Notes under the pieces: generated by a model
The model's database searches: none
What the model was told of the DNA's origin: nothing
What the model saw: the letters and a program-made list of their open reading frames with translations, nothing else
Made by a program: the position numbers and the translations under genes
Assembly: GCF_036321535.1 (NCBI RefSeq)
Contig: NC_087445.1
Location: 78,120,001 to 78,184,000, forward strand
Reading direction: 5' to 3'
Origin: Camelus dromedarius
Taxonomy: Eukaryota
Length of the DNA stretch: 64,000 bases
Shown here: one piece after another, positions 24,425 through 35,834 of the stretch
How positions within the stretch are numbered: the stretch's first letter is position 1
How the letters are laid out: each line of letters starts with the position of its first letter

Positions 24425-24935
24425 CTGAGGGGGACGGGGGGCCTGGCGGGGACGAGGGGGTACTGAGGGGGCGAAGAGGGGGACTGGGGGCCTGGGGGGA
24501 CGAGAGGACTGAGGGGGCGAAGAGGGGCCTGGGGGGACGAGGGTACTGTGGGGGCGAAGAGGGGGACTGGGGGCCTGGGAGGACGAGAGGACTGAGGGGG
24601 CGGAGGGGGGCGGGGGGCCTGGGGGGACGAGGGGGTACTGAGGAGGCGAAGAGGGGCCTGGGGGGACGAGGGGACTGAGGGGGCGAAGAGGGGGACGAGA
24701 GGAATGAGGGGGCGAAGAGGGGCCTGGGGGGACGAGAGGGTACTGAGGGGACGAAGGGGGGACGGGGGGGCCTGGGGGGACGAGGGGGTATGAGGGGGCG
24801 GAGGGGGACGGGGGGCCTGAGGGGACGAGGGGGTACTGAGGAGGCGAAGAGGGGCCTGGGGGGACGAGGGGACTGAGGGGGCGAAGAGGGGCCTGGGGGG
24901 ACGAGGGGGTATGAGGGGGCGAAGAGGGTGACGAA
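24425..24935. repeat. G-rich minisatellite, variable ~35-45-bp units, roughly a dozen copies
   Basis: Recurrent GAGGGGGCGAAGAGGGGCCTGGGGGGACGAGGGGACT-like units; the + strand is strongly purine-rich. Confidence 0.9.
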
Positions 24936-25429
24936 GGGGTGGGGATTCCGCTGGCGGAGAAGTGAGAGGACGTGGGAGTGGGACCAGGGGAACCCGGTTG
25001 TGGGGGCAGCGCAGCAAAGGAAGGCCCTCCTAACGAGGTGGGGGCTCAGGACGTGGGGAGGGGCACTGGAAGGGGAAGGAGGAATTCGAGTAGGGGGTGC
25101 TGTGCACCGGGGAGGAGGGGGCTCAGGGAGAGGGAGGGAGACTGGCCCCCACACCTGGCATCCGGGCCGCCCCTGTGGAGATGGGGATCACCACCCCTCG
25201 GCCCCGCCACGCGCACGCCAAGTGGGTGCACAAACTGGAAGCAGAGAAAAGGTGGCTGCGTTGATTTTTCTGTAGGTGAAATCAGTTTCTGTTTCATGCT
25301 TTTTTTTTTTGTCACCCTCACGAAATTCAAAGTTCTGTTTCTCTGGAGTTGTGCTCAGGTGATGCCAAGATGGTGGGGGCAGGGGTGGATGCAGGTTTGG
25401 TGGGGCCTAAATAAAGCACATGTAATATG

Positions 25430-25625
25430 TGGAGGACAAAGGAAATAAAATTATAAAAACAAAATTGCTTACAGAAAATAATATTCTTGTATAACATTTT
25501 GAAAAGTATATACATAATGATAAAATAATGTACTATGACGTATACATATGTTAATGTTATTTAAAATAACTAATATTTTAGTTATTTTATAATTTATTTA
25601 ATGAAAAAATAAGTCAGTAAATTAT
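25430..25625. repeat. AT-rich low-complexity tract
   Basis: Abrupt switch to almost pure A/T sequence (e.g. TTATTTTATAATTTATTTAATG). Confidence 0.6.
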
Positions 25626-25930
25626 GAATTTTTGAAAACTGACATGCCACATCACAAAATTCGGAGGATATTTCCATGAATCAATGGATGCATCTCTAGT
25701 GCTTTTGCTGACATTTTTGGCTATGTTCTCATTGAATGCCACATCGTGACTTTGCAGAACTGCATTATAGAAACAACAGAAAGACAATTCAGACGTTTCT
25801 CCAACGTGTTTGATCCGATGTGTATCTGTTCCTTAATGCTGACGTTGATTTGGGTAATACCTGAGGCTTCACATAGATGTGCTCACTGTGGCATTCCTAC
25901 AGGTTTACGCTCCACAACACAGGAATTCTG
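25625..25930 (-). mobile_element. Possible decayed hAT DNA-transposon fragment
   Basis: Minus-strand frame IKEQIHIGSNTLEKRLNCLSVVSI resembles the hAT C-terminal dimerisation motif (IK..LRSTM.QERLN.LA.LSI). Weak and by eye. Confidence 0.3.
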
Positions 25931-25936
25931 AAAATG

Positions 25937-26389
25937 TGTCGACTTTAATAATGTAATAGCCTGTTACCTTAGCAGCAAAAGCAAGTTTATTTGGGTATAG
26001 CAGAGAAATTACAGTTCAGGATCTATGAACTATGGGGGAGTCACAGTTAAACCCAGGGAACATGGAGGAGGAACTTGCTTTTATAGGGCAAAGGGGGAGT
26101 GGGGAGGGGTTGTGATAACCAGAATCCATTGGAGGAGTTGGGGTGGGGGTCCAAATTATGGAGGCTTCCCACTGTTAGGGCCGCTGAGGCCTCTGATGGG
26201 CTGGGCCGTCCTGGGGAAAAGAAGAGGGAAGCTTCCTTCTTCCTCCTGGATGGTGAGTAGAGGCGCCCTCCTGTGGGAGACAGGCGGAGATCGGGGTAAT
26301 TGATGTGCCTGGTGATGCGTGAGTGCCCTTTACCCGCCTGATGTTTGGAGTGTCCTGACTCATACTTTAGCTGAGGTTTCTGTCATTCA
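25937..26389 (-). mobile_element. Class I ERV LTR (3' LTR of the env-bearing element)
   Basis: On the minus strand it begins TG (26389), ends CA (25937) and is preceded by a PPT-like AAAAGCGGAAAAAGTGGAA. Contains CCAAT (26132-26128), TATAAAA (26085-26079) and AATAAA (25991-25986). Aligns along its length with 27421-27845. Confidence 0.8.
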
Positions 26390-26699
26390 TTCCACTTTTT
26401 CCGCTTTTGATCAGAGCATCGCTGATTAAGAGTCAGGATCTCTGCATGATAGTGGTTTCTCCCTCAGTGCCAGGAAGGACCTTCCCCTGTGCACTTGGAA
26501 AGTACACAAGTGAGAGACCTCACGCACCTGCACTTGAGTAACAAGCAAAGGTATAGGGAGCGCTCTCAGGGGTCCCGTGTTAAAAGTCCGTGGTTAGTCA
26601 GGGCTGTAAGCGCTGGAAATTACCTCAAGGTGCTGAGCTAGCATCATCTTATTAGGCCTGTCATTCTTATAAAGGTTTGACAAACTTAACAAATACCAG

Positions 26700-27400
26700 A
26701 CCAGAGTTAAAACAACATAATAAACCCAGTTTGCAACGTGGTTCTAAGCCAGGAGCCAGAGATGAAGGTGTCCAGCTGAACAGCCAGTGGGTTGTCGGGT
26801 GGTGTTTGCTGTGGCCAGTATGCTTGCCCTTTAGTGTATGTAACTGAGTCTCTGCTTCCCCAGAGGCATCTAACCACTTGCAGCAAGACGAGTTTACGAT
26901 TGCAGACACCTCTCAGCAAGCAGGTGATCACAGGCTGCGTGGTTACCCAAAACCACGGTGGCCAGAATGTGGAGTGACGGTCGCCCAGCTGAAACTGCGC
27001 GGGCTCCAGGGTCAGCTGGCTCTCTCAGGCTCCTGATCCCTGGTTCGCTGGTGCTCACTCCCACCCGTGGGGGGAAAGCTGTCCCTACAGAGGCAAAGCC
27101 AGAACTGCTTATGCCTCCTAGAAGTTCTCGCTCAAGGCAGTTATAAAGGGTTAATGGGACGGATCCATATGAGGCTTCTGTTCAGTGATGTAGGGAGAAC
27201 GGGACAGTGAATATGGCGGGGCACACTGCCCTGTGCTCTCCGGCCAGCAAGGCAACAGGTTGCCCAAACATAAGGGCCACTCACAGACCTTCCACATATG
27301 GAAGTGTGACGGGGGGTGTACGCACATAAAGCCCCCACACGAGTGATGGTACCTGCAGATTCCTTCATTGGCATAGAGGTGCCGGCATCACTTAGCAAGC
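26700..27400 (-). pseudogene. Degenerate gamma-type retroviral env (SU C-terminus and TM) remnant
   Basis: Piecewise minus-strand translation: GALCAYTPRHTSICG..PYVWATCCL, then RELLGGISSSGFASVGTAFPPRVGV (fusion-peptide region), ILATVVLGNHAACDHLLAE (immunosuppressive domain), GVC/AIVNSSCCKWLDASGEAETQ (CX6CC) and WLFSW..GSWLRTTLQTGFIMLF (TM approach). Several frameshifts. Confidence 0.8.
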
Positions 27401-27420
27401 CTCAAACTTTAGTGTGTTAC

Positions 27421-27845
27421 TGTCAACTTTAATAATATAATACCAGTTATTTTATCAACAAAAGCAAATTTATTTGGGAACAGCAAAGGAATTGCAATTC
27501 AGGATATGAGAATGATGGTAGATAAAAAGCAAATCCAGAGAACAAGGAGTGAGAACTTGCTTTATTATAGGGAAAAGGGGGAGTTGGGAAGGGCTGTGAC
27601 AACCAAAGAGCCCATTGGAGAGTTTGGGGTCCCAGAGTATGGAGGCTTCCCATTGGTTGGGCCGCTGAGGTCTGTGATTAGCTGGGCCATCCTGGGGCAG
27701 AGGGACATTTCCTTCCTCCTCCTGGACAGTAAGTAGAGGCACCTTCCTGTGGGGAATGTAGGCAGAGATCACTTTATTGACATGCATGCCCCCTACGGGC
27801 CTGTTCAGACTCCAACTTTGGCTGAGGTTTCCGTAATTAATAACA
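27421..27845 (-). mobile_element. Second class I ERV LTR, related to 25937-26389
   Basis: TG...CA ends on the minus strand. Shared blocks include TGTCRACTTTAATAAT, GAACTTGCTTT, ATGGAGGCTTCCCA, GGGCCGCTGAGG and GCTGAGGTTTC. AATAAA at 27474-27469. Confidence 0.8.
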
Positions 27846-28189
27846 CATTCTATCCCAGTGTCTGGAGAACTGAGTCCTCTGCTGACAGTTCTGCAGTCTC
27901 CCTTCTGGTTCATAGGACAAACCTTGTTTCTCCTTCTCTCCTGCATACTTCCAGTTCCAGGTGCTGTGAGGTGGGTAGTTGGTAGCCATAGAAGACATAT
28001 CTGCCCCAGGACAGGCCAGCAAGACTGTGAACAGAGTAAAAATATCCCATAAGCCCCAAGTAAATGCATCCCAACTCACGCTCGTCTTGGTAGGGTCCCA
28101 AAAATGCCTGCGGTCACTGCAATGGACCCCAAAGAATGTGAAGGAGGAACCTGCCTGGAAAGAGGCATTAAATACATTTGTAGTATTGT

Positions 28190-28680
28190 GAAACTATCAC
28201 CATCATCCATCTCCAGAACTCTTCATCTTGTAAAACTGAAACTGTCCCAATGAAACACTGCCTACTCATTCCCCCCTCTCCCCAGCCCTTGGTACCCATC
28301 ATTCTCCTTTCTGTCTCTATGACTTTAACTATTCTAGAAACCTCANNNNNNNNNNNNNNNNNNNNNNNNNNNNNNNNNNNNNNNNNNNNNNNNNNNNNNN
28401 NNNNNNNNNNNNNNNNNNNNNNNNNNNNNNNNNNNNNNNNNNNNNNNNNNNNNNNNNNNNNNNNNNNNNNNNNNNNNNNNNATTCTGCTTACACATCCAT
28501 CCACTGATGAACACTTGGATTGCTTCAACGTTTAGCTATTGTGGATAGTATTGCTGTGAACATGGATGTACATATACCTCTTCAAGACCTTAATTTCAAT
28601 TATTTAGATACATTCCCAGAAGCAGAACTGTTGTATCATATGGAAATTCTATTTTTAACTTTTTGAGGAACTGCCACACT
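28190..28680 (-). mobile_element. L1M (L1MA/MB-like) 3' fragment spanning the gap
   Basis: ACTATCACCATCATCCATCTCCAGAACT and CATCCACTGATGAACACTTGG...GCTGTGAACATGG match the antisense of mammalian L1 3' ends as recalled. Confidence 0.75.
28346..28481. other. Assembly gap (136 N)
   Basis: Run of N. Confidence 1.
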
Positions 28681-28699
28681 TATTTTTGAAGGATATATT

Positions 28700-30520
28700 T
28701 TGTAGATGTCATCCCACTGTCTTCTGACTTCCATTGCTTCCAATGATAAATCAGTCATCATTCATATCCACCTGTATCATTGTCCCCTGCACGTAATGTG
28801 ACATGTTCTCTGGCTGCTTTCAAGATTTTCTCCTTTTTTGAGGGGTTGGGGTTTCCTATTATGAACCTAAGTGTGCATATTTATTCTGCTTGGGTTTGCT
28901 GAGCTTCTTGGATCTATATATGAATATTTTTTATCAAATTGGGAAAATTTTTACTAGCATTCATTTTTATTTTGCTGTTCCATTCTCTTCATTTTCTTCT
29001 TCTGAAACTCCAATTAAGGTATGTATGTAATTCTGCTTGTTATTTCTCACAGTTCTGTTTTTCAGTCTTTATTCCCTGTTTTTCAGATTGGATAATTTCT
29101 TTGGTTCTGTCCTCAGGATTCCTCATCCTAGTTTCTGCCATCTCCAATATGATATTAAACCCAAACAGAGTTTTCATCTCAGACACCATACCCAGGCTCC
29201 ATCTCCAGTGTGGAAGGTGTCACAGGTCTGACACCTCCAGACAGACACTTTCTGAAAAGAAATCCTTTTGGGATGAGAGCAGGAGTAACCCACTAAGGTT
29301 TGCCTTTGGGAAGAGCCCTTTGGCCACAGTGTGGAGGATGGGGTTGTGAATATGGGGTCGAGGCTTTGCTCGGGGGAGCATGGGCAGTAAACTGGACTGA
29401 CCAGGACAGAGGGAGTGGGCAGGGAGGGGTGAACACCCTGTGGAAGCTAACGACGTCATGTTGGATCAACAGACCAACATGCTACTTGTCACTGATAACT
29501 TAAAAGTTGTTGGCTACATCCTTTGTCAGGATTTTGATGAGTATTGTTCACAGCAAATCCACATAATACACTACGATTCGACTCTATTTCCTTTCCCTTA
29601 TCACATTTTCCTTGTGTTGACTAGTGTCTCTAATTTGGGGGGTTAGCTGCATGTTTACTGCTTCCTTTTTATTTACCCCCATTGATTGGGACCCAGACTG
29701 TCGGTCAGAGGTGTAAATCTCCTCTCCACCCCTCAGGTGACTGGCCAGCCCTGTGTTTCCCCGGCCTCACCCTCTGCAGCCTGTTCTCCCTAACGAAGTC
29801 AGGGTGGGCTTCCAGACCACGAGTGCATGGGAGGAAATTTTTTTGAGACACTGCAAGTTTGAAAATATCTTTACCCCATCCTCAGTCTGATTGACAGTTT
29901 GAGCAACAAGTTATAGGTTGGAACATGAACATGTTTTCTCTTAGAATTTCAATGGTGTGTCCCATTGTCTTCTAGTTTCCGTGTTCCTGTTGAGAGGTCC
30001 CCTGTCTCATGTTGTTTGTCCTTTACATACGCTCTGCTGTGTGCTCTTGCTTCTCTCTCCCCCCTCCCACTGTCTCTGTCTCTTCCTCCCTCCCCTCTCC
30101 CTCCCTCCCTCCTTCTCCTCCCCATCGCCCCTCAGGAGGTTTTTGTTTCTTCTGTTTGCTCTCCTTTCTCTGTGGCCTCAGAGTGATGGCCTTGGTGTGT
30201 TTCCCCGCCATGTGCTCCACGATCTAGACCTCAGAAATTTGGATACTAACACCTTTCAGCTTCCTGGTGCTATTTCCTCAGTAACTTCCTCCCTTCATTG
30301 TTTGTTTTCACTTTCTGGAATTCGTGTAACTAAGATCTTAGAATTCCTCCTGGGGCTATGACTATCCTTATCTTTCCTATTTTTAACTCCTTTCATTTCT
30401 GCTCCACTTTTGGGAGATTTCCTCAACTTACAACCTTTTCACTGACTTTTTTCTTTAATCTGAATCACATATTTGATTTGTAAGTGCTCCCTGTTACATT
30501 CTGGATGTCCCTTCTGTGGC
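28700..30520 (-). mobile_element. Old L1 fragments, with an L2-like piece at about 29250-29420
   Basis: T-rich L1-antisense-type sequence (GCTTTCAAGATTTTCTC, GTTTGCTGAGCTTCTTGGATCT). L2-like CTTTGGCCACAGTGTGGAGGATG. Confidence 0.55.
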
Positions 30521-30740
30521 ACCGGGCTTCACAAGGGCCTGTTTCATGTGTTCCCCTCTCTGTTCCTCTGAGGTTACCAAGTTAAGTTCTTGTCATGTTT
30601 TCTTCAAGCACCTACATCATCCTTCCCCTCCTGTCATCAGTTTTGGTCTCCCTCTTTCACTCAACTGTCCTGACCCTTGGCTGGCTGTCTTGTCCAAGAG
30701 GGTGGTCCTTGGGGGGAGCTGGGGGCCTTGTTTGTTGGTT

Positions 30741-30881
30741 TTCTTTTTTAATTTTTTAAAATTTAATTTTACTGCTGGAGGTAATGTGGATTTTTACTTA
30801 CTTTAATGGAGGTACTGGGGATTGAACCCAGGACCTCCTGCGTGCCAAGCATGTACTCTACCACTTGAGCTGTCCCCTCCC
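30741..30881 (-). mobile_element. tRNA-derived SINE (camelid vic-1-like)
   Basis: Minus strand reads GGGAGGGGACAGCTCAAGTGGTAGAG (A box)...GGGTTCAATCCCCAGTACCTCCA (B box), then ATTACCTCC and an A-rich tail. Confidence 0.85.
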
Positions 30882-31439
30882 TGTAGCTGGGAGCCTTGTG
30901 TGCAGAGTAGGCCTTCCCAGGGTGAGCTCTTCTTTGGGGCAATCAGGGTGGGACAGAGCCATCTGAGGGTCCCAAAGAGCAACATCTGGCCAACCATTTC
31001 CTGCTTAGCTAGGTGGCAGCCATGGGGAAGAACTGAGTCTTGTGTCCTTTGGACCCATCACCTCCTGCCTTCCATAGCAGTGAGAAGGGGGAAGTTGCCT
31101 GGCAATATGGGCTGGTAGGGGATCTGTAGTCCAGCTGTCCTTACACAGGGTTTGGCCCCTCCCTGCAGCCCAGCCTGGGCCCCTGGGTTTGCACAGAGCC
31201 AGGGCAGCTAACCTATGATGATCATCCTCATTCTGTGACCCAAAGGGTAGACCTTACATGATGCAGTTAACCACGGTTCATTTAGCAATCCTGAATGCTG
31301 TCAGTGATAAAATACTCCTTCTCAAAATGTCTCCTGTCAGCCCCTGGCATCAGCACGCTCTGGATAGCAGGCCTTTCACACACCTTGTATCCCATGTGGA
31401 AATCAGCTACACCCTATGTTTCAGGGGGACGTTCCTAAC

Positions 31440-32100
31440 ATTTGAGTGCAGCGTGTACTTCAGACCCTGGTGGAGCTCTGTGCTCCTGCACTTCAAGCAA
31501 AGCAGATGATGTCAGCATGGCCACTACACTCGAGTTACTTCAATTCCATTATTCTTTACAGCTACTTGTAGTTTTTCACTTGAATTTACAATTTTCCACA
31601 GGCGAGATGTCTCAGAGGCACTAGGATCGGCTTCGACCAAAGACACCGACAGAATCACAGTCTCTTGGATGTACTGGGAAGTGGAGGTTCTTCCTAACTT
31701 TGTGCACCTGTGGTTTTGAGTGAAAAAAAATTACCAACAGTTTATTAAGGTTAATAGAAAGTATTCTTTGGTCAACTACAAGTGACAATAGATGGACAAA
31801 TATGGCTGAACTGTCTACTGAACGAGACAAGAAAAAGACCAATTGTGACAAAAGTCATTGTCAGATTTGTAGACACTAAGGCTCAAAGCCAGGAACTGGT
31901 CAATAGTTCTATTCATTACTGTGGAAAAGGGGATGTTGGTAAGTATTCCCCTTGTTTTTGAAAAAGTACGCGAACGTAGCGCAAGTTCTGCTTCATCACT
32001 TTCCCCCGTTCTTGTACTGTTTATTGGGTGTATTTACTCTTTCCTCTCCTGATTACGTACACGAAGTTCAGCACAAGAACTTGCTTTTCTTTCCAGGCCA
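31440..32100 (-). mobile_element. Possible highly decayed hAT/Charlie-like transposase fragment
   Basis: AT-rich block; minus frame SQLVFFLSRSVD loosely resembles the hAT motif QL.VF.R.VD that follows the first catalytic Asp. Confidence 0.25.
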
Positions 32101-32599
32101 TTGTCCTTGTCACTGAGTATACTTGGTCCTACGGAGAAAGGGGTTTAGAAAATCCATCTGGCACCCTCTGGTCATCAGTGAGGACTGGAAAGGCCAGGTA
32201 GGTGGTAGGAGAGGGCGGTGGTTGTGGTCCAGGAGGGCCAGGGGCTGGACCGGCCAGTGGAGGAGGCCACCAACTTCTCAAGCGCACTGGCAGTAACTTC
32301 CTTTAGGTGCAGAAGGCAGAACCACCTAGACTGAGCCAGGCACAGGGCCTTTGCAAATGGCGGGGGTGGGGTGGGGGTGCAGCTGGAGAGGGTGGGGCTG
32401 CCAGGGATGGGCCAGGGGTCTGGGGAAGCAAGGAAGGATGGTTGGCAGGTGGCAGAACGAGGTTCCAGTTTGGCTGAAGGATGCTGGGTCCTGGACAGGT
32501 GGGAGCCCCACTGAGGAGGATGGCAGTAGTGTGGCGGGGATTACCTACCTGCTGCGGGGTGAGTGCGGGGAGATCCTCGGAGGACTACCCCGGGCCTCC

Positions 32600-32900
32600 C
32601 AGACACGGGCCTTGGATTTCGGCTGAGTGATTCACTTGCTGGGTCCGAGTGTGAGGAGGGCCATCTTATAGTTTGCGGGTTCGAAGTGAGGCGGTGGAGC
32701 GAGGTGCCCACGGGGAGCCGGTGCGCGGTGTCTGGGCGCGGGGAGGTCCGGCAGCGAGTCAGGGGGCCAGGGCGGCAGTTCCGGGTGCGGCCGGCAGAGG
32801 GCGCGCGCGGACCCGCCGCAGCTACCCTCCAGGGACCCACATCGGGGGGAGGAGGACACAAGTGCACAGGCCACCACGGGCCGTGGGGGAGGGGGCCCAC
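32600..32900. promoter_or_regulatory. Intergenic CpG-rich element with a CTCF-like motif
   Basis: Local CpG cluster; CCGGCAGAGGGCGC at 32791-32804 on the + strand. Confidence 0.5.
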
Positions 32901-35834
32901 TTAACTCAGGGCTAACGAGAGAGACCGTCTCTATCCCGAGGCCCTAAGATCTGCCGAGGATCCAGGCTGTGCCCAGCGCCTGGGGAGGGAGGGAGCTGGT
33001 CCGGGTGAGAAACTGGTGCAAAGACCCTGGGGCCAGGTCAGCCCCGCGATCAGAGGCCTGGGATGGCCAGGGCAGCCTAGGCACCTGCAATGCTGCCTGC
33101 GATGTTGTTCTTCAGGCCTTGGGCTCTGTGTGTGGGGTGGCATCAGTTTTCTGAGATTGGCGGAAGGGAGGTGGGTGTTGAGTGGGGAATCTTGGCAGAG
33201 CTTGTCCTTCGACCAAGATGTGAGATGACCTTTACCCTCTTCTTGGTAGTTTTCTGTGTTTTCCAGAGCTTCTGAAATGTCCTTCTGTAGCTGAAAACCA
33301 ATGTTTTTGAATCAGTGGTTTTAAAACCTGTGGGATGAGGTACAGGGACCACACCCCACTCCCTGCCCCCTACACTTTTTTATTACTTTTTTCTGCGTGC
33401 TTCCCAAGTCTGGAAGAACACAAGTGAACGGGAAAACCATCCTTTTCCACCTTTGCTTGCAGAGAATGCTGCGGTGTGCACATGCTGGCTGCCACCAGGC
33501 TCTCTTCCCCAGTGCGGTCTACGGTGTGTATTAGGGCCTGGGCAACGGTGGGCTCACATTGCTGGGGGGCAGGGGCCCTGGTCCTGGAGTGCTGGCTGCT
33601 GCCTCCACCCGTGTCTTTCTCCTTTTCTTGGGGATTGCCCTGAGGGAGGGACGGCGCTGGCTGTGCACTTCCAGGAGGGGAGTGGGGGAGCCCCACAGGG
33701 CTGGTGTGGGTGCAGGGGAATTCTGGGCAGGGCTTGAGGCCAGCCTTTCTGGAAATGGGTCCATCAGGTGACTACAGTGAGAATGAAACTGGGTTCTTTC
33801 AGAAGCTGTGGCCCAGGCTTGACCTTCAAATGTCTAAAAAATGAGAAAAGAAGCAGGAACGAATTCTTAGGATGGGAAGCAGATTGTCCTGGGAGGCTGG
33901 CTCTGCCCAGTGCCAGCCTCTGCTCTGGGGACAGCACTGACCATAACAGGGCATCCCATGGCCGGGGTCCACATCAGCCTTTCCACCTCCTGGCCCTGTG
34001 TGCTCTTCTCCCAAAGGCCTGAGTAAAGGACACAAGGTGAGGGTGTCCAGGGGACTGGCCACGCTGTGGGGAGTGGAGGTGCCACTAGCATTCAGAAGTG
34101 TCTTGGACTGAGCCAATGACCTGAGGAAGGAAAGCCAAGGGGGCAGGGAAGGCCGCCTGGGGCGTGGGAGAGGGGCCTTGGGGCAACACCCGCCCCGGGT
34201 GTCTGCATACCTACGGGCAGCTGATGGGGCCTCTCTCTCGGCTGGACGAGCCTGTGGGCAGCCGGTGCCCACCGCAGCACCCACCGGGACCAGCAGCCAG
34301 GCCCACGCCTCTCTCCGGGGGGCACCGAGGTGCAGGACAGAGGCACCAGGCCTGAAATGTCATGCCCTCTGCCCCTGACACCCCAGCCCTCAGGGAGCAG
34401 GAGGAGGACGCCCGACTCTCCAGGTCTGCCTGGGGCTGTCCCGGCCACCTCCTCAGCCCCTCCCCACACGGCTGCCTCAGCAGGCTGAGTTTTGCTTTCT
34501 TTTTGGCAGGAAGGAACCTGAGTGGGAATCCCCTGAATCACAGACAACCAGAGTGAGTCATCCCTTTCCAGCCTGCCAGGACCGAGGTGTCACCCTCCCG
34601 CACTGGCGGGCGGGGTGGGTTGGCCACTTCTCAATCAGCAGCCCCTCCCTGCCGAGGCTCCCTGTCCCGTTCTCAACTCTGCAGGCCTGTTGTCAGAATC
34701 TCTCTCTCACACACTCACACACAAAATGCATGCGTGAAAATCCTCTGTAAGTGGCAGTCTGGAACTCGTGGGAGCACTTTAATGCTGGACGCACGGGCAG
34801 GTGTTTGGGGAATGGCTTAGCCTGTCAGTGCTAAGGGCTGCAGGCAGCTGCCTTCCCAGGAAGCAAGGTCTTTGTCCAGGAAATCTCTTCTGGATGCAGA
34901 GTGGGGCTGAGGTGGCCCTGAGCCCAGCACTCCCGCACGGTCCCCGATGCTGAAAGGGTGAGTGAGTTCTGACCCTCCCCAGGGAGTCACTGCAAAAGGC
35001 AGGCGAAGCCTTCTTGTTTTTGCCCTGAAGAAGGAGGGGTGCAGTGCTGCAGGTGACCCTCTCTGCAGCAAGAACCATTTCCTTCTGGGATGCTGGTGGG
35101 TTCACAGGATGGCCTTGGCCTCCCAGGCCCTGGGGGGAGAAACTCCTTACACCTGAGAGCGCGCTTAGCTGTGGGGCTGGAGGGAAGCCACGTGGAACCT
35201 GTAGGAGGGGACAGAGGCCAGGCAGGGGGTTTTCCACAGCTGCTCATGGCAAACTCAATCCCTCAGTTCATGGAACCTGTATTGGACGCAGGGTAGCCTC
35301 GCTGCTGTATCCCAGGGCCGGGGGAGTTTGGGACGGGGGATTTCCGACTCCAAACCAAGGAGGGATTTCGCAGTGTGCTGTGAGCTCTGCTGGCCAAAGT
35401 ACGGATGGTTTAAACATGTAACTTCAAAGCCTGCCTGGTATGGGTTCCTCGGTCCCTGAAAAGTTCGCGTGGCTTCAGATGATCCCCGAGGTCCGGTGCC
35501 CAGTGTGCTATGTGACCTGGGTAAGGAATCTTGCCTCTCTGAGCCTGTTTCCTTTTCTGCAAAGTAAGGAGAGCCGTCCACATTGCTGGGTGCTGGCATG
35601 AGAGGAGACGCTGTCCTCAGGTATTCAGAAAGCCCATGTTCACCGGTAGAGTGTCCATTTTGTCCAGACTCTCCTTTAGCAGATAAGGAAGCGGCCCCTC
35701 CTCTGGTCACATGCTTAGCAGCAGTGGTGGGGTCAACACTCTGCCCTCCTGGAGCTGCCCCCGCTTTTCTGGCCAAGACCACCGCCTCGTTTCTAGATGT
35801 TTCCGTGTGTTTCCAAGTGCCATACGTTGTGCAT

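Noticed and set aside
24425-24935. Repeat array considered as CRISPR-like
   Set aside because: Eukaryotic context, no unique spacers and degenerate contiguous units: a minisatellite.
23461-25154. 260-305-aa Pro-rich ORFs around the EDF1 promoter
   Set aside because: They are translations of the CpG island and minisatellite, which lack stop codons for compositional reasons.
26667-27398. Intact, domesticated (syncytin-like) env gene
   Set aside because: Motifs are spread over different frames, with stops, a lost furin site and a mutated immunosuppressive domain.
27837-28101. Minus-strand hydrophobic ORFs as the env signal peptide
   Set aside because: Only suggestive; no diagnostic motif, so left unassigned.
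28250-28528. ORFs running through X residues
   Set aside because: Created by the N gap.
30800-30881. SINE heads (also at 42800-42870 and 43860-43937) as tRNA genes
   Set aside because: A and B boxes are present, but the acceptor stem is incomplete and each has a SINE body and A-rich tail.
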